Of a stretch of DNA of 64,000 nt, positions 1-11,260 are shown piece after piece. Below the pieces are notes generated by a model, which was not told the origin of the DNA, ran no database searches, and worked only from the letters and a program-made list of their open reading frames with translations. A program made the translations under genes and the position numbers. The DNA is from Octopus sinensis (taxonomy: Eukaryota), in contig NC_043005.1 in assembly GCF_006345805.1 (NCBI RefSeq), positions 100,936,001 to 101,000,000 on the forward strand. The letters are read 5' to 3'. The first letter of the stretch is position 1, and each line of letters opens with the position of its first letter.

Positions 1-384
1 ATCTAGAGTAGCTGGTGCCTTTCTCAATTGCAAATCATGCATAGTAATCCATGGAGGAATTTCAACCGTGTTTCATGGTCTGCTACCACAACAGCTCCTT
101 TATAGAATCCACTTAGCTCAAGACATCATCAGGAGGAACCACGTCCGGTTTTGGCCCCAACTTCTTCACCGTTTTGATGTGGCGGCTCCCCGCCCCTTTC
201 GGAGGTGTCTTCAGCTCTGGTGTTGGGTGCATGTCTTCTTTCTTCTGTTCCCTGGCCTCTTTGATGCAGTGTCAACGAGTGTCAGCAGGCGACTGACTGT
301 CTTGTCAAATTTCCCTTTAAATACCTGCCGCTAGGCTCCAGCAGGCAGCCCCAGTAAGTTGTCATGTGACACTGTCTCAACTTT

Positions 385-610
385 AACTGACCAATCAGGA
401 GAATTAGGAGGCCAGAAATTGGGGTTGGTGAAATCATGGATTCTCCAACAATCACTTCTGACTCTTTCTGCAGGTATGGCAAGGAACTAAATCCTGCTGC
501 CACACACGTGGCCTACCAGCAGCAATCCTCTCCAGTCAGTGTTTGACCACGATTCTCCAGCAGCTTCACATAACAGTCTGAATTGAGCCTAAGGTCCTGT
601 CCATCAGTTG
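385..610 (-). mobile_element. maT (DD37D)-type Tc1/mariner transposase fragment, decayed
   Basis: Minus strand reads across stops as LRLNSDCYVKLLE..ERIAAGRPRVWQQDLVPCHT..FWPPNSPD, the same motifs as the maT copy at 50844-51724. Confidence 0.75.
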
Positions 611-899
611 ATGGATGAATTCTGGTGTGTTGATTCAGTTAGAACAGCTCAGGTGTTCTAACTCTAATTATTCTGTAATTAGTAGGGAAAGCCTCCATTT
701 TGCTGCTCACTTTGATTAAATCTCCTCCAAAACCATTTACCCAAGACACACATTTTTTAATGCTTCAAAACAACAATGCCATTGGTCTTGAAAATATATC
801 TTCCATTACCTTTAAGCAATGTACTTCTGATCTTAGCCTTTATTGCTATTCTCCTCCCTCTATAGGTGTATATCCCAGCTTTTGAAATTTATTGTTACA

Positions 900-1860
900 G
901 TGACTTATACCCACGGAAAAGAAACTCCTGATCTTTACATCTATAATCTTATCACACTCACTCTTAACATACATCTGAAAGGTTACGGATATCATTATTA
1001 GCAACTTATCAATTGCTCATCTAAAATACCCTGAGTGTGCTGTTTATAAAGCCAGATCTATTGGAAATCTGCTCTCATCCTTCAAAATAGCTCTCATCCT
1101 TCAAAAATGTGTTGAAAACACTCTTGTTGCATCCAATACAACCAAACCTTTTTAACTATATCTGGTACATAAATCTCCTGTCAAAACTTCCCACCTATCG
1201 CCTCCTTCCATATATTGTCTCTCAGATAAAAAAAACTTCCTATTAGCTCACCTTCGTAGCATGTGTTGATGGAGCTCTGCTGACTCACATTTTATCAACT
1301 TCTATATGCTCCAGGTTTCAGTTTTATCTTCTATTTTTCCCTACTATGCATCAATGACATGCCTGCCATCATCTCTAACAATGATTGCTCCATTACAAAT
1401 GATACTACCCTTCATTCCTGTCTAATTTTCCACATACTAGTTTCATTCACATGCAATTTAAACATCTGTTGCCAAATCTACATTTAGTCTGCAAATAGAA
1501 ACTTCAAAATCATTTTCCAACGGGGTCACTCAAATCTTGTTTCCTTTAACAGCAAAAAGACCCAGTCACTAATATTATCAAGAAAACATTATCACATCTC
1601 TCCCTCCTTAAACACGAACAACATGCAACTAAAACCCACACGATCACTTGAAATAGGCCTTATTATAACTGAGGATCTTTCCTGATAAACACACACCTTC
1701 AACATTTCAAGGATGGCATCTCAAAGACTGAACTTATTCAAAGCCAGAAAATACTTCTATCCATCAATAACTGCTGACCCTTTCTAAGGATCATTTGAGA
1801 CCCACAATGGAATACTCATCCTATATCATGTATGGTACTGCTCAATGCAAAGAATGGTTA
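900..1860 (+). mobile_element. Heavily decayed CR1/L2-like LINE reverse transcriptase fragment
   Basis: Frame-broken peptides INDMPAII..TNDTTLHS (YADD region), LVSFNSKKTQSLILSRK, MASQRLNL-FKARKYF and LRPTMEYSS follow the order of RT C-terminal motifs. Confidence 0.6.
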
Positions 1861-2099
1861 ATCAAATGATTGTGAAGTTGAACACCATCTTTCACACATA
1901 CACACATGTGTGCATGCACAAACACACACACAGAATATGTGTGTATGTCTGTATGTATGTATGTGTGCATGCATACATACACATACATTTCCACATTCCT
2001 ACATATAATCACATACATATTATATGCATGGATAATTTTTTCATAATTAACAAGCTTTATACAAAGATATGTTATTTTGGTTTTGTAGAAAGCTTTTAA

Positions 2100-2500
2100 A
2101 GATTTTCAAGATAATTTTGCAACCTAACTTAAAGTGATTCTTCCTTGAAACCACTATATTAGCAAGGCAGTTGGATGGCTTCACTTGGCAGTAAGCTATT
2201 ACTTCCAAAATACACAAATAGATAGATAATTCATCAACAAAATAAATAGATTAGAATATAATCCTGTTTCAACAATGTACATCTCGCATTGTTGTACAGA
2301 CAGTAACCTATCACAGAAAGGAAGGTGTAACTATAGTGACAATCATGGAGATATCTACACAGATATGATCTGATAGCCAGGATAATGAAAAACAGTTTAA
2401 ATACAAATGCATTGAATTAAAAGTCAAAAGCAGTGTTTTAATCTGATAGGAACAGTTTTCTAATATACAAATTTAGCATTAAAGAAATATGGAGGAACTT
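2100..2500 (+). mobile_element. Possible RT part of an old Penelope-like element, separated from its 3' part by microsatellite
   Basis: Weak QKEGVTIVT and IKEIWRNF resemble QKSGIAMGT and IKENWKRF of the element at 24-26 kb. Confidence 0.35.
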
Positions 2501-2569
2501 TTGTATACGGTGGTTTACACTGGTGTAAAGAATAGTGAAGATCTAAGCTGAGAGATAAATAATATATAT

Positions 2570-2588
2570 ATATATATATATGTACATG

Positions 2589-2626
<38 letters not shown>

Positions 2627-2810
2627 ATATATATACCTATATATATGCATATATATAATATAAACATATATATGTGTACACATGCATATATATGTATACG
2701 TATATAATGTACATGTATGTATATATATATATACATCATCATCATCATCATCGTTTAGCGTCCGCTTTCCATGCTAGCATGGTATGTATATATATATACA
2801 TACATGTATG

Positions 2811-2887
<77 letters not shown>

Positions 2888-2923
2888 ATATATATATATT
2901 ATATATATATATATATATATACA

Positions 2924-2986
<63 letters not shown>

Positions 2987-3190
2987 ACAAATAATGACAA
3001 CAGAATTACATTTCAGAAACAAAACAACTGTTGTTTCAAAAACACAGCAACTGTTTGTAAATTCAATATTATTACTAAAGGAATAAAAAAAATATACTTC
3101 AAAATCAATGTTTATCAGATTAACTGACTTAATTAGTTTGACAGTGAGATTATCTTATATACATATGCATACATGTACCTATATACATAT

Positions 3191-3250
<60 letters not shown>

Positions 3251-3261
3251 ATATATATATG

Positions 3262-3304
<43 letters not shown>

Positions 3305-3554
3305 ATATATATATAATATATATATATATATAACAAATAATGACAACAGAATTACATTTCAGAAACAAAACAACTGTTGTTTCAAAAACACAGCAACTGT
3401 TTGTAATTCAATATTATTACTAAAGGAATAAAAAAAATATACTTCAAAATCAATGTTTATCAGATTAACTGACTTAATTTAGTTTGACAGTGAGATTATC
3501 TTATATACATATGCATACATGTACCTATATACATATATATATATATATACATAC

Positions 3555-3585
<31 letters not shown>

Positions 3586-3640
3586 TATATATATATATGT
3601 ATGTATGTATATATATATATATATAATATATATATATATA
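2570..3640. repeat. (TA)n/(TATG)n microsatellite complex containing a 346-bp-period tandem duplication
   Basis: Pure TA runs; the unique block AACAAATAATGACAACAG...CATGTACC occurs at 2986 and 3332. Confidence 0.95.
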
Positions 3641-3789
3641 ACAGATGAAGATATATTTATATGCATCAACAAATGCACATATAAATATATATACAGTCAT
3701 AGAAGTACACACTGTGAAGCAGTATGGGATATTTGTATGACATGTGATCCTGGTATGGCATGATTTTACAAGGATGTCCTAGAAGGATG

Positions 3790-5150
3790 GTTCTGGCAAA
3801 CTGCATACGTGCAATAGTAGTCAAACCAAGACTACAACTAAGGCAATCAGAATAGCTTAGAAGCTTTCATAAGCTGCTAAAATAATACCTGAACTTAATA
3901 GATAATGGGATTGAAAAAAGGACAGAAGATCTTCTATTATTAGAGAACCTCTCAATTATTTTTCTGAAGTATGAAAATAAAGGATTTAATCCTCGAAAGT
4001 CCAGTCATAAACAGCAAGTGTCAACCAAAAAGCCTCAAAATTCTCTGTAGAAATTAACCTAGAATTTTCTGTAAAAGAAGAAAAAACTTGTGAAGACAGC
4101 AGGAGTTGTGGAATAAGCATAGTAAAAATTGTAATGAATGAGTTTGGATACTGAATATTCAAGACAAATGTGGATATGAACTGCAAAACAGGAAGCCTCA
4201 TATATTGCATAAGTTGCCTCAGCTGGAAAGAAAATTACATCAGCCAAACTGGAAAACCCCTATGTGAATTGCAGAGAATACATAAACAACAAATACACCA
4301 TCTTGAACTAATGAAAAACCCTCTTAGTGAGCATTTCAATGTTTGTGAGAACAAGAAATTCAAAACTTTCGTGTTTACCAATGCTTAAAAGATGATCCAA
4401 TATATCATTTAGAAAAATGTGTACATCTCCAAAAATCTCTTTAAGATGTTGATGAAAAAGCCAAACACTATTTCTTCTTAAGTTTTTGTATTTTTCATTT
4501 TTCACTTCTACTTTGATGAAAATTCAAAAAATGAATTTCCGTCTTCATTTCTTTCACTCACCTATTTCTTACTATTTTAATTATGTTTTATTAATTCTAT
4601 ACATACATGTGTATTCCTTATGTGTGTGCATACATGCCTGTGTATATGCATGCATATGCACGCATGTGTGTTGTGTGTGTGTGTCTGGTCACAATTATGC
4701 ATAAAAATATTTCATTGGATGCAAAAATCCCACAATATAAATTTTTTAACTTAAAACTTTAGTTCAGAACAAACTTTCACTTGTCACATAATATTGATGA
4801 ATTGTCAGTGACAAATTATGTTTCCATGTTTTCTTCAACCTATTTCCTTCTTTTTCTTCTTCTTTTACACTTTCATTAATTCTATACATGATTAGAACCA
4901 TCTTGTTTTATGTGTGTGCACGGGTACATATGCATGCGCATATGGCTTTTGATATATCAGTAGTAAAAATTATTTAACTTAAAATTCTTGCTCAAAACTT
5001 CTTCACTTGCTACATGAACCTAATGACCTGTCAGTGACAAACTAAATCTCAACCAATTATCAAAGAATGTGATCACTCTCATCTTGAGCAGAAATAGACT
5101 GATTCTCCAGTATTTTCACTACAAAAATATAAACAGTATTCTGCCGTTTT
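3790..5150 (+). mobile_element. Old Penelope-like element, GIY-YIG end plus diverged tandem 3' repeats
   Basis: LANCIRAIV..LIDNGIEKR and NCKTGSLIYCISCLSWKENYISQTGKPL..HKQQI (ORF 4170-4388) align with the thumb and GIY-YIG regions of the 24-26 kb element. Confidence 0.75.
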
Positions 5151-5179
5151 CTTAAGAAAATCACATCAAAACTATATAC

Positions 5180-5246
<67 letters not shown>

Positions 5247-5398
5247 GTCTAGATTTTCCTATTTTCTTTACATACATATAAGATATATATATATATCTAT
5301 ATATATCTATCTATCTATATATAGATAGAGGGAGACAGATAGATAAATAGATAGATACATATATACATACATACATACATACATACATACATACATAC

Positions 5399-6110
5399 TT
5401 ATGAGGTCTGATCGATAAGTATCTGGTGCTATAAAAACAATACTACAATTTGTACCAATTTGACGTTTAATCTCCCTCAAAGAAGTCCCCCTTTGGAAGT
5501 CACACATTTAATCCAGAACTGTATCCATTGATGGAAGCATTCCTGGAATTCGTTTTCTGGGATAATCAGCAGCTGCCTCATCACATTCACTTTGATTTCC
5601 TCCATGTCCTGAAATCTTCCGTTCAAGTGGGATTTGATTTTCGGAAAGAGGAAAAAGTCGCAAGGGGTGAGATCTCGAGAATATGGTGGCTGTTGGACCT
5701 GGGGAATGCGGTGCCTAGCCAAGAACTGCTGCACAAGCTGTGCTAAATGAGCAGCTGTATTGTCAGCTGAAAGCAGTTTTGGCACAAACTTGGCAGACAT
5801 GCACCTCATACCCAAATCTTCAGTGATAATGGACTGAACTAATCTGCACATCCTCTGATAACTCACAAATGGTGATTTGATGTTTTCCCCTCACAGCTGC
5901 ACACACATCTGCGATGTTTTTCTCAGTTCTGTTGGTAGCGGGTCTCCCAGAACGTTCATCAATATCAAAATTTTTCAGCTCATACACTCCTCTCCATACA
6001 CTTTCTGCAACCTTGCATAAGCCACTGACCAGGTACTGTCAAGATTTTGGCAAAATTTGATGCAGATTCATGGAATTAAGTGGGCATTTTGAAATAGTCA
6101 TGATGCATAC
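5399..6110 (-). mobile_element. Internally deleted mariner transposon
   Basis: ORF 5477-5866 has SAKFVPKLL, PPYSRDLTPCDFFLFPKIK and CFHQW..W.KCV; TIR-like TATGAGGTCTGATCGATAAGTATC at 5399. Confidence 0.85.
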
Positions 6111-6205
6111 GTGCATATATATATATGTATGTATACGTTCGTATATTTAAGTATTCGTATGTTGTATTTATATATATATATGTATTTATGTTTCTTTCTG
6201 TGTGT

Positions 6206-6264
6206 ATTCCACTGATGAGGCAAAGCATTCCTAAATGCAAAGTCAGAAATCCGGGATCTGGAAT
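6206..6264 (+). ncRNA. Minimal type-I hammerhead ribozyme motif
   Basis: ATTCCA-CTGATGA-GGC..GTC-a-GAAA-TCC(G)GGA-TC-TGGAAT: 6-bp stem I, canonical core, near-palindromic stem III, AUC site. Confidence 0.75.
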
Positions 6265-6797
6265 TATCCAGTAATTTTTTACTAGTAACATATTGTCTCT
6301 TTGTCTTCTCTCCATGTTGCTATATGAACACTTAAGGTGGTTTTTAGAGTCGGATTATGGCTGCTATTTTCAGCATGGTGGTATCTCGTAGACACCCTAA
6401 TTTATAATTTTAATATGTATATATATATATATATATAGTCAATTAAAAAAACAGAGAAAAAGAAAAGAACGAACAAATATGTGGACACAGCATAGGCAAA
6501 GAATTGATAAAACATTTAGAGAAGGAAAAGAGCAATAGTTGTATGTTTCGAGCATGGCACTTCTTTGGAAACAGGAAGGTCCAAGATGAAGGAGAAAAAA
6601 AATCGCCAACAATCACGTGTGGATATATAAACGCCTTTGCCCAAGCTTCATAACACGTGTACACTTGTGCGTACAAGCATCTGTGAAAATGTTACCATAC
6701 GCCCACGTGTGGTTTGGTGCACTCACAATCACAAAGTGAGTGAAATGGCTACTTGGTGTTTGTAAGAATAGGGATTAAAACTAAACTTAATTCATTC

Positions 6798-6847
<50 letters not shown>

Positions 6848-7362
6848 ATATATATATATATATATATAAAATTAGAAAAAAAACACCTTTTATCAATTCA
6901 AAATGAACAATTGTGTGAAATTTGATTTAGTATTTCTAAATTGAACTTTATTCCCTGTAAGTTTGGATTTATATTCCCTCAAATAATAATTATATATATA
7001 TATATGATCCTTCATATATATTGAAAAGTTGAAAAGTTCCTGGCTTGGGGTAAAAGAAAATACAGGAGGATCAGTTAATTATGATTTTATTCAACATATT
7101 CCCTTCTCAGATTCACACTTATTGCAGTGGTCTTTGTTGGGTATGCGCCATTGATAAGTCACAACAATCACCAAACATCGACGTCTGTTGCTCTGAGAAT
7201 GGACCAATGCGAGTTGTCTCGCTTGACTAGGAATTACTTTCAGGTGTTTCTTTACATCAGGTGTGTAGAGAATATAATATCTTACACCTAAAAACTGCAG
7301 CCAACCCATGAAGTACCAACACACATACCTTGTGTTTGTTTGTCCGATTTTGCTTATTTATT

Positions 7363-7407
<45 letters not shown>

Positions 7408-7518
7408 CTAGCTATCTGTATGTATATATATATATACTTCTAATATAGGATAAAATTTTTTCAAAAATTTCATCAGGTGGCCAGCATATTAAAATACCTT
7501 TAAAGGTGAAAATTATAA

Positions 7519-7849
7519 ACAATTATAAATAAGGGCAAAAGAAAAAATTTCAATGCTAATATGCTGAGAAATAGACTTTAAATCATTAATCACCACATAC
7601 GATATACATCACTACGAGTACATGTTCTGCTGAAATTGAGGAAAGCAAGCTAACAGAATTTTTTTTTTTAATGCGTTATCTCTATATTGAATCAATTTTG
7701 GGATTAATCCAATGGATTTTCTCTCATCAGTAGAGAATTCATAGTATATTCATAGTGATGTATATTGTATGTGGTGATTGATGATTTAAAAGACTATTTC
7801 TCAGCATATTGGCATAGGAATTTTTTCTTTTGCCCTTAGTTATAATTGT
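7519..7849. repeat. Inverted repeat (arms about 100 bp) enclosing a decayed minus-strand hammerhead (7679-7736)
   Basis: Arms 7519-7617 and 7750-7849; minus strand TCTCTA-CTGATGA-..CCC-AAAA-TTGA(T)TCAA-TA-TAGAGA. Confidence 0.75.
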
Positions 7850-8460
7850 ATTACGTATATATAAGTATATCTATCTATCTATCGATAGGTATATATACAC
7901 ACATACACAAACACACACATTTATATAAAGTGTGTGTATGAGACCATTGTAAGCGGGTGATTTCTTTTAAGATACTCCTGTACAGATATCCATGAGATGC
8001 ATGTGCTGATGCTTTCAATGCCAAGCTGCCTGAAACCACTTATACTGCAGTGTCCACATTTGAATTAAAATCTTAATGAAAATCTCATTATAACATGAAT
8101 GATATAATGATATTTCAACTATTGAAGACTGCCATAATATGTACCAGTATATGAAGCTACTGATAGTTTGCTAAAATCCTTCCAATACCTTGATTATATT
8201 GAAAATTAATTGAAACTTCATTAATCTACTCAGGTGAACTACAGTCATGTATATGGTGAACGATACAACTACTCAAATAATTCCCAAACTATTTAAAGTC
8301 AAGACAGCTTTGGAAGGATTAATGGCAGAGATAAATGCATAACTATATCCCTGTATTGACCAGATTATCAGATGTTGTCATACACTGCTGTTCACAATGC
8401 TCTTCCTCGTATTGTATTGCTGTAGCTTTCAACTTTCAAATGATGCTATCCCACTTGCAA

Positions 8461-8790
8461 GGGGTGGAGGCACATGGCCTAATGGTTAGAGCAGCAGACT
8501 CGTGGTTGAGGGATCGCGGGTTTGAATCTCACACCAAGCAATGTGTGTGTTTATGAGCGAAAACACCTAAGTTCCACGTGGCTCCGGTAGATGGTAATGG
8601 CGAACTTCTGCGGACCCTTTTGCCACTACTTTCTCTCACTCTTTCCTCCTGCATCTTGCAGCTCACCTGCGACGGACTGGCGTGCCATCCAGGTGGGCAA
8701 CCTATACAGCAAGGAAACCGGGAAACCGGCTGTTATGAGCCAGGCGTGGCTTGAGAAGGAAGAACTTGCAAGGTGGGCAGACCAACTTGC
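8461..8790 (+). mobile_element. tRNA-derived SINE, family D
   Basis: A box TGGCCTAATGG, B box GGGTTTGAATC; body shared with 28812-29110 and 50158-50457. Confidence 0.85.
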
Positions 8791-8989
8791 TCCTGACCAA
8801 AATGCCGGTCCATTACAGGGTTACCTATTTGCAACAGAGTAAAGGTTCTTTACTTCTTGAATCATGCCGACTCATAAGGACCAGTTTCCTAGTTTCTATG
8901 GCATATGAATTCCTCACCTGGATGAGAGACCGGTCCATCGCAGAATTATTAATTTTTGCCAGCTGCATGAACTATAACGATGTGAAATG

Positions 8990-9100
8990 AAGAATTTTGT
9001 TCAAGAACACAATGTGTTGCTTGGTCCAGGAACCAAAACCACAATCTTACAATCATGAGTCCAACACCCTAACCACTAATCCATGCTCTTCCACTATTTC
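8990..9100 (-). mobile_element. tRNA-derived SINE head, family C-like, partial
   Basis: Reverse complement has TAGTGGTTAGGGTGTTGGACTCATGAT...GTGTTCTTGAACAA. Confidence 0.6.
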
Positions 9101-9149
9101 CAACTGAGTGGACAGGAGCAACATGAAATGCAGTACAGTTCTATATTTA

Positions 9150-9313
9150 AGCGGTGAGAAATTAGTTACATTATTTACATTTGACAGATATTTGTCCTCA
9201 TCTTGTTTGTTGTTAACACAACGTTTCAGCTTATATACCCTCCAGCCTTCATCAGGTGTCTTGCGGAAATTTCAAACTTGGGTTCTCATTCCTATGGTAT
9301 TTTTTGATGTTTG
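9150..9313 (-). mobile_element. Short non-autonomous element abutting (TTA)n and carrying a hammerhead
   Basis: Unique-looking block ending at the (TTA)n run; contains the motif at 9215-9260. Confidence 0.55.
9215..9260 (-). ncRNA. Minimal type-I hammerhead ribozyme motif
   Basis: Minus strand GACAC-CTGATGA-A-GGCT..AGCT-GAAA-CG-TT-GTGTT; palindromic ACGU stem III, GUU site. Confidence 0.75.
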
Positions 9314-9412
9314 TTATTATTATTATTATTATTATTATCATTATTATTATTAGTATTATCATTATTACTATTATTATTATTATTATTATTATTGTTGTTA
9401 TTATTATTATTA

Positions 9413-9445
<33 letters not shown>

Positions 9446-9537
9446 AGTCACTGCCTGGAATCGAACTTGGAATCTTGGAGTTAGTAGCCTGTGCTCTTAA
9501 CCCCAAGATTCCAAGTTCGATTTCATGCAGTGACTTC

Positions 9538-9621
<84 letters not shown>

Positions 9622-9655
9622 AATAATAATAATAATAATAATGATGAGGATAACA
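9314..9655. repeat. (TTA)n / (AAT)n(GAT)n(AAT)n microsatellites around a fold-back tRNA-like unit
   Basis: Direct reading; source of the poly-I, poly-L, poly-N and poly-D ORFs. Confidence 0.95.
9444..9537. mobile_element. Head-to-head pair of very short tRNA-derived SINEs with (AAT)n tails
   Basis: Minus copy GGTTAAGAGCACAGGCTACTAACTCCAAGATTCCAAGTTCGATTCCAGGCAGTGACTTG(AAT)n; plus copy 9503-9536 is its 3' half. Confidence 0.65.
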
Positions 9656-10547
9656 ATGAAATGAAAGAGAAAACAAAGAAAGAATACTATAGAAGAATTA
9701 GATCAATACTAAAAACAGAGCTCAATGCTAAAAACAAGGTAATAGGTATTAGCACTTTAGCCGTCCCAGTTATAAGTTACAGCTACAATATCACTAAACA
9801 AACTAGCCAAAATAGACAGGAAAACAAAAAAAAAAATAATGACAGGATCTAGGATGCACCACTCAAAATCTGACATAGAAAGACTATATATACAACGTAT
9901 AGAAGGTGGTAGCGGCCTTATACAGCTGGAAAACTATTATAAAATAACCACCATAGGACTGCAAAAATATCTACTTCAGAAGCAAAGAAAAATGGTACAA
10001 ATAGCAGTAAAAACACGAGCAAAACAAAAAACTGTACTCAGTATTTAAGGAAGCTGACAAATACAAACAAGAAATCATACTACCTAACAAATATGAAGAA
10101 GAAGAAGAAACAACAAAAGCTATAAACAAATGAAATCCAAACTAAAACTAGAACAGCAACAGACCATGATAAAACGATGGCAAGAAAAGCCCCTTCATGG
10201 CAAATACTGGACTAAACTAAATGCAAAAGAAATAGACAAAGAAAAATCCCAGCAATGGTTGAGAAGCTCAGGACTCAAAGCAGAGACAGAGGGTTTTTTA
10301 ATTGCAGCACAAGACCAAAGCGTCCTCACCAGAAATTACCAAAAACATACAATGAAAAGAAATATTACAAGTAACTGCAGAATATGTGGAGATGGACAAG
10401 AAACAATAAATCATATTATCTCTGGCTGCCCAGTCCTGGCTAAGAAGGAATATATTCACAGACATGACAGAGTTGGAACCTACATACACTGGAAGCTACG
10501 CTAACACTATGGAATAACAACAGAAAATCGATGATATAGGCACTCTC
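9655..10547 (+). mobile_element. R4/Dong-clade non-LTR retrotransposon fragment (post-RT region and CCHC knuckle), frameshifted
   Basis: KKEYYRRIRSILKTELNAKNK..LAVPVISYS, RLYIQRIEGGSGLIQLE, LHGKYW, LKAETEGFLIAAQDQ, CRICGDGQETINHIISGCPVLAKKEYIHRHDRV. Confidence 0.85.
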
Positions 10548-10655
10548 CTGCGATGGACTGGCATCCTGTCCAGGTGGGCAACCTATATGCCAAGGAAACC
10601 GGGAAACTGGCCCTTATGAACCAAGCATGGCTCGAGAAGAAACAAACAACAACAA
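10548..10655 (+). mobile_element. 3' fragment of SINE family D, terminating the R4-like fragment
   Basis: TGCGATGGACTGGCATCCTGTCCAGG...GAAACAAACAACAAC matches the 3' end of 8461-8790. Confidence 0.8.
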
Positions 10656-10814
10656 CTTTTCATTAAATGAAACTTTTGTCTCATAAAATAATGTAGAGAG
10701 TAAGGGCTGAATAATCTTATACCATGATCCAAATAATTGTCACTAGTAACAAAATGTAACGGTCAAACAAGGATATATTTTTAATGCAGTATTATTATCT
10801 TAGGGACTAATATT

Positions 10815-11260
10815 GCTTTCAAATTTTGGTACAAGGCCAGCAGTTTCAGGGAGTAGGTAAGTCGATTACATCAACTCTAATGTTCAACTGGTACTTATTT
10901 TATCGACCCTGAAAGGCTGAAAGGTAAAGTTGACCTTGGCTGAATCTGAACTCAGAACAGAAGTACAAAATGCTTCGCAGCATTTTGTCCAGTGTAGTAA
11001 CAATTCTGTCAGCTTGCTGCCTTTATTTTAGAGACTAATAATGGTTTAAAATTTTGGCACAAAGCCAGCAAGCTTGGTGGGAGGGGCTTAGTCAATTAAA
11101 TAGATCCCAGTGATCAGCTTGTACTAATTTTATCAAACCCAAAAGAATGAAAGATAAAGTCAACCTCTGCAGAATATGAACTCAGAACATGAAGACAGAC
11201 GAAAAGCCACTAAGCATTTTGCCCAGTGCAGTTATAACTCTGTCAGTTCACTGCCTTTAT
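10815..11260 (-). mobile_element. Two tandem SINE family B copies, decayed
   Basis: Repeated AATGAAAGGTAAAGTTGACC..GAACTCAGAAC blocks. Confidence 0.7.

Noticed and set aside
68-334. GC-richer stretch with open frames on both strands
   Set aside because: No recognisable motif or splice context; possibly a LINE ORF1 remnant, but unsupported
2515-3712. Many YI/IY-repeat ORFs (also at 26.8, 47.4-49.8 and 52.5-53.1 kb)
   Set aside because: Translations of (TA)n/(TG)n microsatellites
6535-6580. Minus-strand CCAAAGAAG-TGCCATGCT-CGAAAC-AT resembling a hammerhead
   Set aside because: Core has several substitutions and I found no closing stem I
9252-9852. 198-aa and 134-aa ORFs with poly-I/L/N/D/S
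   Set aside because: Triplet microsatellites fused in frame to an R4-like fragment
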